The position numbers and the translations under genes are program-made. Positions 47,230 through 59,800 of a DNA stretch of 60,825 nucleotides are shown piece by piece. The first letter of the stretch is position 1. Every line of letters begins with the position of its first letter. The stretch spans positions 1 to 60,825 of the IMG/VR virus record IMGVR_UViG_3300016469_000245; one strand, given 5' to 3'. Source of the DNA: a virus (taxonomy: Duplodnaviria > Caudoviricetes). The notes below the pieces were generated by a model. That model was not told the DNA's origin, searched no databases, and was given only the letters and a program-made list of their open reading frames with translations.

Positions 47230-47517
47230 ATGAACGCGAAGACCACCAGCGGCACCACCACCAACGCCAAGCCGGGCGAGAAGCCGAAGAAGCCGCGCAA
47301 GCCGTCGGGCCCGCGCAAGAAGGTCAATCCGATGTTCGCCGTCGCCCGCGACGGCAAGACCACGGTCTTCACGGCCGCGTCGCTCAAGGCCCTGCGCAAG
47401 CACCTGTTCGGCGGCGTCACCATCTCGAAGCTCGATGCGACCGCCGCCTTCAAGGCCGCGCAGAGCGGCGCCGAGATGGTCGATCTGACCGTGCCGGCGG
47501 AAGCCACCGCGCAGTAA
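47230..47517 (+). CDS. Small Lys-rich putative DNA-binding protein
   Basis: GAGG RBS; KPGEKPKKPRKPSGPRKK. Confidence 0.65.
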   Translation: MNAKTTSGTTTNAKPGEKPKKPRKPSGPRKKVNPMFAVARDGKTTVFTAASLKALRKHLFGGVTISKLDATAAFKAAQSGAEMVDLTVPAEATAQ

Positions 47518-47656
47518 GCTCAACGGCCACGGCCGGCGGGGATGGCTCTCCCTCTGTAGCCGGTTCGCCCCCGATCCGGCTTTGTCGGTCGTGGCCTCCC
47601 TATGCTGGGCGGGTTTCCGGGGACTGCTTACGGCATTTTCTCGTGGAGGCAACCGG

Positions 47657-47705
47657 CGCTGTGCCCGAGCGATATCGGGAAACGCTGCGCCCGAGCGATA
47701 TCGGG
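47657..47705. repeat. Tandem 23-bp hairpin repeats
   Basis: CGCTG(T/C)GCCCGAGCGATATCGGG at 47657-47679 and 47683-47705. Confidence 0.85.
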
Positions 47706-47816
47706 CGATCTTTCTATGCCGCTCGGCAAGCGTAGCGGGGACAGCCTGACGCCCCCTGTGGGCCCCTCTGGCACGCTGCGCGGCCCGGTCGTCCCGCCGG
47801 GCCAGCCGAGCGGCGC

Positions 47817-50800
47817 CTACTCCGCGAGCTTCAGGTAGGGCCTCGCCATCTCCAGCAGCTCGTTCCGCTCCCGGTTGATCTGGTCGATGGCCTCGCGCTT
47901 CATCTCCGGGGTCATGTCGGACACCATCACGAAGCGCTGCCGCGTGTTCAGGGAGCGCAGGCCGTCGCGGAAGTCCCCAAGCACGCCCCTGATCTCCAGC
48001 TCGCTCTGCCGGCGTCCTACGAGCGCCTGCGCCTCCGCAAGCCGATCCGTCCGCAGCATCATGTTGACCGTGCGGTAGAGGTCGTCGGCGCGCTCCAGCG
48101 CCGCGTAGAGGTCGTCCGCGTACTTGTTCCGGGACTGCACCGCCGGATCAGGCCGCACGAAGCGCGCAATGGGCGCGTCGGGCAGGAACGGGAAGCGGTC
48201 GGCCGGCTCGGCCGGGAACGCCCCGGTCGCCGCCACGGCGCTGTCCGTGCCTTGCAGGATGTACGAGCCGATGGTCCCGAGATAGCCGCGGACCGCCGCC
48301 TCGATCCGCACGGGCGAGCGCATCCCGTCCGGCAGGAAGTCCGGCATGATCCGCGCCAGCACGCGCGCGGTCTCGGAGGTCCACGGGTTCGCCTGTTCCT
48401 CCGGGATCAAGCCGGCAAGGTTCACGTCCACGATGGGCTGGCCGGTGAAGAAGTTCCGGTTCGCCCACTGCTCGACGAGCGGCTTGATCGCCTGCGGCAA
48501 CGGGTTGAACGCGAACGTGTCCAGCAGCGCTCGACGAATGGACGCCATGAACTCGCGACCGCTGTCTTGCCCGGCCAGCGCACGCACCACGCGCTCCGGA
48601 ATCGTCGCCGCGATCACGCCAACCTCGAACGGCTTCGGGATCGCGAAGTGACTGTTGCCGACGAAGATGTGCCAGTACGTGTCCTTCTGGTCGTCCGGGA
48701 GCTTCTCGTAGCGCTCGTCGTCCCAATTCGCGAGAGCGACGAGCATCGACGCCATGCCGAGCATGATGCTCTTCGTCCAGAACCGACGACGCCCTTCGGC
48801 CGGGTCTTCCGCATCGCGCCCGAGTGCGCCCTTGTAGAGCCGGTAGAGACCTTGGATGCGGGCGTTCAAGAACGGCACCGTGCGGATGAGGAACTGCGCT
48901 GCGATGGAGTCGCCACGCTGCGCGAAGTTCATGATGTCCTGCGCCTGATACGCAGCCTCCGCCATCGAGCCTCCGTCCGCGAGCACCTTCCGCGCGATTG
49001 CGAAGCGGTTGATCTGCTCGGACACGAAGCCGATCTTGCGATAGGTCTCCCACAGCTTCCGCGGCGAGTTCACGAGGATCGAACCGTCGGGCGGATTGAC
49101 CTTGCCGAGCACGTCGCGAAGGTCCGTGATCGGGTTGTAGAACGTCTCTCCCACGCCGCCAGCGATGGCGAGGTCACGCGAGAGGCCATCCCCGGTCCAG
49201 ATGTCGCGCGCGTCTTGGATCGCCGTCGAGAGCGGCACGAAGTTCGCCGACGACGTGACGAAGGAAGACAGCGTGTCGCGCATCCAGTTAGCGGCCATGA
49301 ACGCCGGATCGAGCGTGACCATGTTGGTCAGCAGGTTCTTCGCTCCCTGCATCGCATCGACGAGCGCGCCGAAGTCCATCGACTTCATGTCCATGATCGC
49401 GCGCAGCACCAGCGGATCGTTGACCCTGTAATACTCCAGCCGACCGCCACGGCTGACGCTCACCACGTCGTTGCCGATGGGACGAATCCTGCGGAAGAGC
49501 GTGCTCCACTGCTCCTTCTGCTGGTCGGTCATCTGCTCGACGACGCGGATCGCCTTGTCGTAGCCGGCCGCAGGATCGACACCCATGTCGGTCCACCAGA
49601 AGAGCCGGTTGAACTTCCGAGCGCGCGGGTCTTGGTCATCGCCGACCACGAGCCCTGCCTTTGACAGCGCCTTCGCGATGTCCTCGTTCGTGAACTTGAT
49701 GGCCTCGACCTTGAGCGGCTCGGCTTCGAGGACGCCGGCAGATTCGCCGAGCGCAACGATGCGCTGCATCGCCTCGTTCTTGTAGATGCGATCCAGCAGC
49801 GCCGCCATGTTGAGCACGATGTTCTGCGTCACCGGCTCGATCATCTTCTCCGAGCCCGTGAGCCGCTTCGACTTGTATTGCTGATTCGAGAAGCCGCCGT
49901 GGCGGCGCGCGCCACCGGGGCCCGCCGACGTGTCGTCCTCGTCCATGACGCGATAGAACGGCACGTAGTCGTTCTGCTTCCAGAGGTCCGCTTCCTCGCG
50001 CGACATCACGCCACGATCCACGGCGAGGTCGAGCATCTCGGCGTTGAACTTCTGCCAGTTGTCGAAGACCGACTTGAAGTGCGGGTACTGATTCTCCAGC
50101 TCCAGCAGCTTGTCGATCTCGTCCTGCGTCAGCAGCTTTTCCTTCGACGTGCCGTCGCGGTTCGTCTGCTGGATGAGCTGGTTCGCGCGACGGGCGATGG
50201 CGTAGCCTTCCCACAGGTACACCTGATTCTTCCCGTCCGCGGTCTGGTGCAGCGGGCGGAAGATGTCGTACAGGCCCATGCGCCCCGGCTGGCTCACGAA
50301 GGAACCGTTGTCGTAGCGCGGCACTCCGAAGCGCGCGACCGCCGCCACGAGCTGCGGCAGGTTGCGCGTGAGGTTGACCATCTTGTACGCCGACTGCGAT
50401 GCGTCCAGCAGTCCGCCACCGTACTGTCCGCGCTCCAGCTCTTCGATAGCCGCGGCCGAGTCGATCCACCCGGTCTTCAGCTCCAGCATCGTCTCGCCGA
50501 TGGAGAAGCGATCCCGCGCCATGCGGAAGTAGTGCTGCATCTTGCCCCACAGATTGAGGTCGTGGGGCGTCGGTTCGAGGGTCTTCGCGAGGATGCGCTC
50601 GACTTCCTGATCGCCTTCCGCTCGATGGCGGAGCGAGAACGCCGGAGCCTCGCCGCTCTGGCGCTTCCTCCAGCCGTCCGAGAGCCGGATGCGGAGACCG
50701 TCGCCGGCCTTCTCCACGGCGTACCCTGCGCGCTTCAGCGTCTCTTGGGACGCAGCGAACGGGCTGAACACCAGCTCGGCCACGCCTTCCTCTGCGGCGA

Positions 50801-53800
50801 AGCGAGCGAGTGTCCTGATCGCCTCCGGGCCCTTGCCGAGCATCTCGTTGACGGCCAGCGCCGGACCCTTGTCGCCGGGCACAGTCGCAACCCGAGCGGA
50901 CAGGCCCGCGGCCGGGATGCTCACCAGCCGCTCCCCGTCCTCGATGAAGACCGATCCCTGCCCCGCGGCACCCCGGTAGGTCGTCTCGATCTTGCCGTCC
51001 TCGCCGAACCGCACGAGCGACTGGCGAAGGCGCGTGACGCTGGTCGGTACGACGCCCGTCCGGATGCCGTCATGCACCCGGTACATGAGGTCGATGAGGT
51101 CGTTGTCGCTCCACCGCTTCACGAAGCCATGCTCGCGGAGCCACTGGCGCACCGCGGCGATGAGCATCTTCCACACCGACGGGTTCTCGTTCGGCGACAC
51201 CTGCGCGAGATACTCGTCCGCGAGGACACGCTTGCGCTCTGTCGGCGACAGGCCGGCGACCACATCTTTGTAGCGGTTCGCGATCTCCTTGTAGCGCGGC
51301 GTGCCCTTGATCGAGTCGAAGATGTCGTCTCGCAGCTTGTTGAACGCCTCGCGACCGAGCGTTGCGCGCAAGCCGAAGTGACCGAGCGCTTCCTCGAAGA
51401 GCACGGATTCCACTTCCTCCCGCGACGACAGAGCGTCGGCGATCATCCACACCTGCCCGTCCGCATAGAAGCCGCGCGGCGACTTGTCGGGACCGATGCT
51501 CGCCAGCCAGCGGGAATATCGCGACGGAAGGTCTTTCGCGGACTTCACCACGTTGACCTTTGGCGCAGCCTTCCAGCTCGACGCGATGTCTGCGACGTGA
51601 TCTCTGACCTGATCCACGGTGAACGGCTTTCCGCTCGGGCTGGCGATGGACCACGCCGGCATCTCATCCACGTCAAGCGCCTGCCTCACCTTGTCCGTGA
51701 TCGGGATGACCCACACAGGTGCTTTTCCATCTTCGGCCCGGAATCCGGTATTCCCTTCGGTCTGCCCGTGCAGAACGCCATTCATCACCTTGGCTTCCGG
51801 ATCGACGCTCTTCAAGAACTTCTCGGCGATCTTCACCATCTCTCGGTCGTAGAACTGCGACATGCCACCGCCCGATCCGCCCAATTCCTCTGCGCTGATC
51901 GACACCGAAGGCACATTCAACGGCATTTGTGAATAGCTGCCTTGCTCTGCTCTCCACTCAAGCGACCGTTCCGTCAGCTCTTGCAGCGACATGTTTTTGT
52001 CTGCCGCCTGCTGCTCCATTTTGGCCCTTGCAAGCGCGATACCTTCCCCGCTGAGAAGCATTTCCGACATCTTCTTCCCAAGAACCGCTTGCATCGTGTG
52101 TCGCGCAGTCTGAATGGTTTGCGCCGACACGCCAGTGCTGTCGAAAAAGAATGTCTGCGCGTTTCCGTACTTCGGAACCGCCGCTACCGTGTGCTGCGCA
52201 ATGGGATAGTTCGATACGCCTTGACCGAAAATCGCCCGCACCGACGGATCGGTAGACCTGTAAACTACGCTATCGTACTCGGCCGTCAAAGCCGATCTGT
52301 ACCTTCGGCCCTGAATCTCACCGCTGGTCCACGCGACATGCGTGAACCCCTTGCTGGCCGCGTGCGCCAAGAACATCTTGAACGACGTATCCGTCCATGC
52401 GTTCAGCAGCGGCGGGCGCTTGTACGAACTGATCTTGGCCTTCGCATCCCTGAAGTAGTCTTCCGCTTCCTTGGTTCTCACGCGATCATCATAAGTCTTC
52501 GCCATCGCGTCGATAATCATCGCCGAGATGTGTCCGAACCTTTCTTCATCCGCCTTGTTTCTTAGCCTTTGAAACGCGTTTCCTTTTTCAAAGTCGTACC
52601 CACGACGCCTCATGTAGTCAACATTGAGGTCGTCAATCATCGAGTTCAACACCCACGTGTCGCGATCCATCACATGCGTCAGTTCCGGCACGTCCGCAAG
52701 AAGCGCATCGAATTCCGCTTGCGCTTCTGCGTATGCACCCTCTACAAGCTCCGTCGTAAGCCGGTACTTGTTTGCGTTGACGAGCTTGTTGAATACCTGA
52801 TCCAGTGCCTCCAGACGGCTTCTGTTGACCTTGCCGCTCATGTAGATAGCGGCCGTTGCGTACCGGATTCTGAATGCCACATTCACTGCGTGCGTGCTGC
52901 GATCCTTGAATCCCTCCGAAATGTCGAATACGAGCTTCTTGCCAGCCTTGCTTGCCGCAATCGCTTCCGTCGTGAACGTCGCTTCGTTTTTTCCGAAGCT
53001 GTAATCGAATGTCGTATCGCTTTCGTGATACTCCGTCGAGTGTGCAAAAAGCGATGTCACAAAATTCTTCACGTCGTAATACGACGGATTTTCGTTCATG
53101 AACGAATCCGCTTCAGCGGTTGAGGCGAAGCGGCTCTGCACTCTCTTGAGAACCGTCTCCGGAGCGATTCCCGCCGGAGCTATGGCGATTTCTGTGAGTT
53201 CTTTATCGAATCCGAAATCCTCGACGAAGACAGATTCCACTTTCTTCAAGATGTCTTTCTTCGACTGCTCGATGTGAGACTCCACCATGTTCAAGAGTTC
53301 TTTGCGCTTTGCTTCCTGCGCCTCAAGGCCGATGTCCTCCGGCACCATCTTGGATGCCTTGGAGGTATTCATCCCCATGTAGTTGACCAACATGCGGACG
53401 AACTCGCTCCGCACGCGGTCAACCGCCTGCGACCAATCGGACTGGAACTCTTCGATGAAGAACGTGTCCAGCGGCTCGGACGCCTCTCCTTCCTCCGTCA
53501 CAGGGAACACGTCGCGCGTGGACGTGCGCGCGTGCATGACCAAGTTCTTGTTGTACCGGAAGTGCCCGTCCAAAAACTCGTTTCTGCGCGCGTCCCAATG
53601 GAACGTCCACTCCTGCATTCCTTGGAACGGGCCAGCAGTGTTGTACGAATGGTATTCAAGCGGGTCGGTTTCGTCGATAAGACTCGGCCCACCATCATCG
53701 TCCATCTCGTTTTCAATCACCCACTGTCGAAGCTGTTCGATGTATTCCTCGGTCTCTCGCTCCCTTCTTCGAGCCCTCACAAGAGCGCGATTTGCTTCGT

Positions 53801-56800
53801 CTTCTGAATCGTATGATGTTGCATCGCCGTCTTCGTCAGATACGACGTATTCCGATCCGTCTATATGCGATGTCCATCGCCCGACAAGAAGACCTTCTTC
53901 AATCAAGTGATCGGCAATTTCTTCCGCAGAAGGGCGACTCAAATCTTTTCCGCCTTCTTCGTACAGATAGTCGCGCAGCGCTCGCGCAAGATCGCTGTCG
54001 TCCGTCGGCGTTTCGTCGTTCGCTCTCGCCCAATCGTCCCACTTATCTGCAATGTGACTCACAACGTCAATCACTGATTGACGAACAGAGTCAGCCTCTT
54101 CGGCAGTCCACTCGCTTACATCCTTGCTCTTGATGGACTCCCATGTTTCTTCACGCTCTTTTGTGCCGCTTTCGGTCTCGCCAACAAACTCGGCGATATT
54201 AAGCCCGGACTCAATGAAGACTTCATAAGCAGCCTTCGCTTCGTCAACAGACATCGCGGCCAAGTTGTTTCGCCTAGATGGATACTTAAACTCCACCTCC
54301 CTGTCGATCTCTTCCATGTTCGATCGCCACTCAAACTGCTTCTCGAACCTGTCGATGACGGCTTGAGAATTCATGAGTTCGCCGATCTTTTCCTCGATCT
54401 GCTCTTCCGTCAACGGCTCCGGCGCATTCGCGCGCTCGCCTCTCTGAAGCGCTTCGCTTCCACGAATAATCATGGAGATCGTGGGAACCTTCACGGCGTC
54501 GAGCACCGCGCTCTTCGAGAGCACGTCTGCCCCTTCCGGCAGATACCACACCGGGTCAAGCGCCTTGTATGCGGCACCCGATCCCGTGTTCGGCTCAATG
54601 TTTGCGCTGAGACTCTCGAACGCTTGCTCTGCGCGCTCAACCGATTCCTGAACCTTCCTTTCGATACCCTCTTCGCGCGGAGACGCTTCGTTGCGCAGGC
54701 GATGAATCTCCTTCGCTATGCCGAGAAGGTAGCTCGCCCTGTTTCCGATGTGCGACAAATCCGACCCGGTAAACACCATATTGAAATCGGCGGTGCCGCG
54801 CATGTATTCCGTGAGGTCTTTGTTAAGGATTTCGTGGATTTGGCTAGCGATGTCGGCGTAAACCGGCACCATCTCTTCGCCTCGCTTCATGACTTCGTTG
54901 CTGCGAACGATGTCGTCAAGCGCTTCGTTGATGTTGGCGAACGTCGCCTCTTCCTTGCTGATCTTGCCTTCGGCGACCATGCGCTCGAAGAACCGCTTCC
55001 ACTTATCGACAGGCGCCGACTTCGGACCGTTCGTGCGGATCACGCGGCGAAGGCGCGAGATGAAGCGAACCCCGCCGAACTCGAACATCGTGTCCTTCAG
55101 CGCTTCACTGGCCTCCTGCTCTTCGCTGGCCTTCGGGTTGTCCGCGATGCTGAAGGCTGGCATCTCACCTTCGTAGGTGTCCTCCATCACCCAATCCGGG
55201 AGCAAGCCCATCTTCTGGTCGGCGTAGTAGGTGTCGGCACCGGACCGGCCTTTGTTCCACTCGGCCACGGTCATGCCGGCGCCCGGATGGTCGCCGCGGA
55301 TCACCTTGTCGGAGAAATTGACGAAGCTGTTCTGGCCGCGCGTCTCGGCCGTCATCGCCATGCGCGCCGCCGGGGAATACATCGCCGCGTGCGAGCGCCA
55401 TGCGTTCTCTTCGCCATCGGCGCGGAAGCCGACGCCGTTCATCACGTGACCGAAGTAGTCATGGACGACGCGGAAGAGATCATTGGCGAGCATCGGCTCG
55501 CCATCGTCCGTAGTGAACTCCGTCTCCGCCAGCAGAGGGTTCTCTTCCGGGTCGAACGTCGCGTCGGTGCCGAATCCGTCGCGCGTCGAGAAGACCCACA
55601 TATGGTTGTTGACTACGATGTCGAGAATCGCCTTGCGCGGCGTGCTCGCATACGGATCGCCGGTCTCGGCGTACTTGATGAATTGGACCTTGAACTCAGG
55701 ATGGTACTTGCGGATCGCGCGGAACTGCGCCGCGGTCTCGGCGATCATCGCATCGTAGGCCGCGCGCACCACGGGGTTGCGCGGATCGTGCTCCATCTCA
55801 TCGAACGCCTTGGCGATTCGCCTGCTGCGCTCGGGATCGACCGTGACGTACTGCTTCGGCGGGTTGTACGCCATCCCGGCGTCGCGCATGTACGCGCGCG
55901 CGACACGCTGCGCCTTCTTGAACGAATGGAAGAAGACCTTCTGCCCGTCCACGCGCTGCGCGGACGGGAGCCCCTCTAGGTCCGTACCCCGCGCAGATTT
56001 CGGATACGGCCGATCCGCGCTCGGTACATCCCGAGCGCTTCCTCGAACTCTTCCTGCGTCTCGAACTGCTCCCTCGTCGGGGGCGGCGGGAGCGACGGAG
56101 AAGGCTGGCCGCTCAACGCCGAGTCGGCTGGCGATTTCGGCGGCTGCGCTCCGACGAAGATCGCCGAGCGCTTCCCACTCAGCAGTTGTTCCTGCGGCCC
56201 CGCGGAGCGTACTTTCATAGTCCTGCTTCCCGATGAAGGTCGCGCCGATCTGGCCGTGCGCGACAGTGACGGATTCATCGCCATCCAGCATGGCGAGACT
56301 GTTCTCGATCCGCTCGGCCAGCGCAGCGATGTCGCCGTCGCTGAAGTCGAGGATCAGCATCTTCCCATCGACATTCGAGAACCCCTCGATGCCGACGTTC
56401 TCGCGGAGATGCTGGTACACCTTGGTCGCGAGTGCTCGCGTGATCTCGGTGTCGAACTCCAGCGTCACCGCGCCAACCTTCTCGGGCGCGTCCTTGTCGA
56501 TCAGGATCACGCTGTCCTGTGCGTACACGTAGCCGGCGGCGGCTGCCGCCCGCAGCGTTTCCTCCCGCGACATCTCAGGCGCGAACTCGACCGACAGGGA
56601 CGGGTTGACCTGATCCAGATACCCGCCGAACGATTGCACGTAGCGCTCGGGGTCGATCCCGAGAACGCCCATGATCTGCGGCGTGATGAGGGCATTCAGC
56701 TCATGCGTGAGCTGGTCGCGCTCGGCCTCCGGCAGAGCGGCGAATCGGTCACTCAGCTCACGGTCGTTCGGGTCCGGCGCGATCTCGAAAGCGCCGGACC

Positions 56801-59800
56801 TTACCGCAGCTTGACCACCTTCGCGACGCTCACCACTGCGCCGGCCGGGATTTTCAGGGCCGTCCGCAGCTTCTCCGGGTCCGCGGAAGCGTCGAGGCGC
56901 CCGAGTCGGATCGTTCCGAGCATCTTCCCGGACTCCGGCTTCGAGTCGCTCTTGCTTCTGTCGTGCAGCGTTCCGGTCTGCGTCTTCATAGGTGTCTCCG
57001 ATGCCGTAGCTGATCCCGATTCCCTCGTAGATCGCACGGTTTCCACGGTACGTGAGATGTACCTCGTACTTGTCGAGCTGGTCCTGCACTTCCTGCATGA
57101 CCGCTTCCGCCGGGCGTCCCGACGTTTGCACGGTTTGCAGAAATGCTCCAAGTTCGCGCAAGATAGCATCGGCTGCATCATGTGACAAGGTATCGTTAAT
57201 CCGCTTCAAACCGTCCATGTCGATAGCCGCAATCCGGCCGTCGTCGAAGATGGCGGCGAACTCATCGCCCGAGCGGTGGAAGAATCCGCGACCCTTGCCG
57301 GTGCGGACGGCCTCGTCGAATGCCTTCTTGTTCGGGAGCCCGGTCACGCGGCTGGTGTTCAGCTCGGTCTTCAGCTCCGACAGCTCTTCCCGAAGCACTT
57401 CCTGCTCCGGGCGCTGCACACCCTGCCGCTTCTGGATCGCGCGGCGCACGCGACCTTCTGAGGCGACCGGAACGCGGATCGCCTTGCCGGTGAACTCGCC
57501 ATCGACTTCGGACGCCAGCTCGGCGCCGTCGATCCCGGCTGGCACATCGACCGTCGTGAACTTCCGCTGGAGCACCATCGGCTCGCGGTTGAACGGGTTG
57601 ATCGGAACATCGGTGTCGCCGCGCTTCATCCACTCGCGCGCCTGTTCGTTCGTCATCGCGATGATCGAGCCGAACCCGTTCCATCCTTTAGGGAAGTGCG
57701 ACAGGTATGCGTTCTTCGCCTCGCCTTCGCTGTCGAAGCCGAGCATCACCTTGTGCTCGTCGAACTCGCCGGTCTTCGGATCGAGCTGCTGGACGACGAA
57801 CACCTGCTTCTTCGGATCGTTCGCGCCGCGACCGAGGTACACATCGAGCGGCTCACCATCCTGCGACTTCGTGCCGGGGATGTAGCCGTAGTGATTCTTC
57901 ATCTTGCGCTGCCACGGGCTCTTCGCTCCGGGGCGCGACTTGCGGATCGAGCCGGCCGGATTCTCGACCGACACCTTGAAGCCAGCGAGCTTGACCTTGC
58001 CCTTGCGGTAGTTGCCGGAGCTGATCTCCGCGTCCGACGGCTCGCGGAAGTCATTGAGCGGCGACGTGGCCGCATCGTTGGCCGCGATCTCGATGGCCCG
58101 CTCGGCAACATCCGGCGGCGCATCCGGGGCGATCTCGACCGCGCCCGACGGGCGAGCGGCCACCAGCTCCGGCTGGAGGCCGCTCTCCGTGATCTGCCTT
58201 GCGACGTTCTCAGCTCGCGGGGTTACGGCTTGGGCCCCCGGCCCGGCCGTCCCGGCATCGCTCCCCCGCCCCGTACCGGGGACGGCGGCTTCGAGGCCGA
58301 CGGCGGCTTCACCGACGGCGGCTGCGGGCGCGGCGGCTTGGTTGCCGGCGGCTTGGGTGGGCGCATCGAACCTGACGGCATTGCTGCTTTCCTCCGGGGC
58401 TCCAATGGTGAAGGCGACGCCGGTAGCCCCTTGGACCTGTTGCGCCACCATCTGCAAGGCGGACTCGCCCTGCTTGCGAACGGGAACGACGACGCTGCCG
58501 TCGTTCATCACGTAGCCAGTCGCACCAGCCTTCGCGAGCGCGCCCATCACTTCGTCGAGCTTGCCCGGCTCGGCAGCGAACCGCGCGCTGGTCTCGAAGC
58601 CGAACTTCGCCGCGTCCTTCACGAACGCCTGCTGCGTGAGGTAGCCCGATCCGTCGATGTCCTCGCCGACCTTCGCGTCGATGAACTCCGGTGCCTTGCC
58701 CGTGTCGCGCAGGATTTCGAGCGCGCGGTTGAACTCGATCACCGTGCGGTCGCCGGGAGCGCCGTCGAGCTGATTTCGACCGGCCCACCGCGCGACCTTC
58801 ATGAACTCGCTCGCCGGCACACCGGCCGACTGCACTTCGTCCAGCGTCTTCTGGACGCGCTGCATCATCGCTTCGGACGGCTTCGCGAACTTCGGGGGCG
58901 GCGTCTCCAGCTTGGGCGCCTTGCCGCTCGAAGGGGGCTTCTTGCTGCCCGTCGGCTTCACTCCACCCGGAGCTTCGCCGCTCTCGAAGATCGCCGTCGT
59001 GCCTGCGCCGAGCACGCCACCGACGATGCCGCCAGTCACCGCAGCGTTCAGCACACCTTCCCACGGGTCTTGCGTGAAGTCGGCGTACTCGCGGATACCG
59101 AGGTTCTGGAGCACTTGCTCCGCGCCCGACTGCGCGAACTCCTGCGCCGCCTCGCCGGCTGCACCCTTGGCGACGGTGGCAGCGAAGCCCATGCGCTCAT
59201 TCAGCTTCAGCGCGCCTTCCTTCACGGCTTTGCCGACCGCCGTGTCGGCCGCGCCAGATGCGGCGACCTTTCGGCCGAGCGTGCCGAAGAACGCGCCCAT
59301 CGGAGCGCCGAGACCCGCCGTCGCAAGGCCCACATTCAGCGCGACCGAGTTTGCAGCCTCGCGCGCGAGCGTGCGGCGCGCGTACTCCTGCCGCGCCTCT
59401 TCGTCTTCCTCGCCTTCGGTCGCGTTGTAGATTTCGCGATAGCGATCCGACTTCACCATGAGGTCGTCGTGGTCGCGACCCATGATGTCCTCTTCGATTG
59501 CGACACCGCTCGCGCCGCCGGCCAGCGCGCCTTCGGTGAGACCGCCGCCGAGAGCACCCGCGATCTGCTGCGCGCGCTTCAGAATCTTGTTCGCGCGGAC
59601 ACCGCCAGCGGCGGCTTCCTTCATGAGCTGCGGAGCGCCGCGCTTGAGCGCGGCCGTCGAGAGAATTGCTGCGCCTTTCGCGGCGCCGGCTGTCAGCATC
59701 ATCTCGTTGAGCGATGCAGCCGCTCCGGCGACGATGGTCGTCATCGTCCAGTCGTCACCGATGCTGTAGCCGAGCGGACTCGATTCGTCCTTCTCGATGA

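Noticed and set aside
56771-56800. 10-bp inverted repeat GGTCCGGCGC/GCGCCGGACC inside the giant gene
   Set aside because: A single GC-rich stem is plausible by chance in this composition; no U-tract
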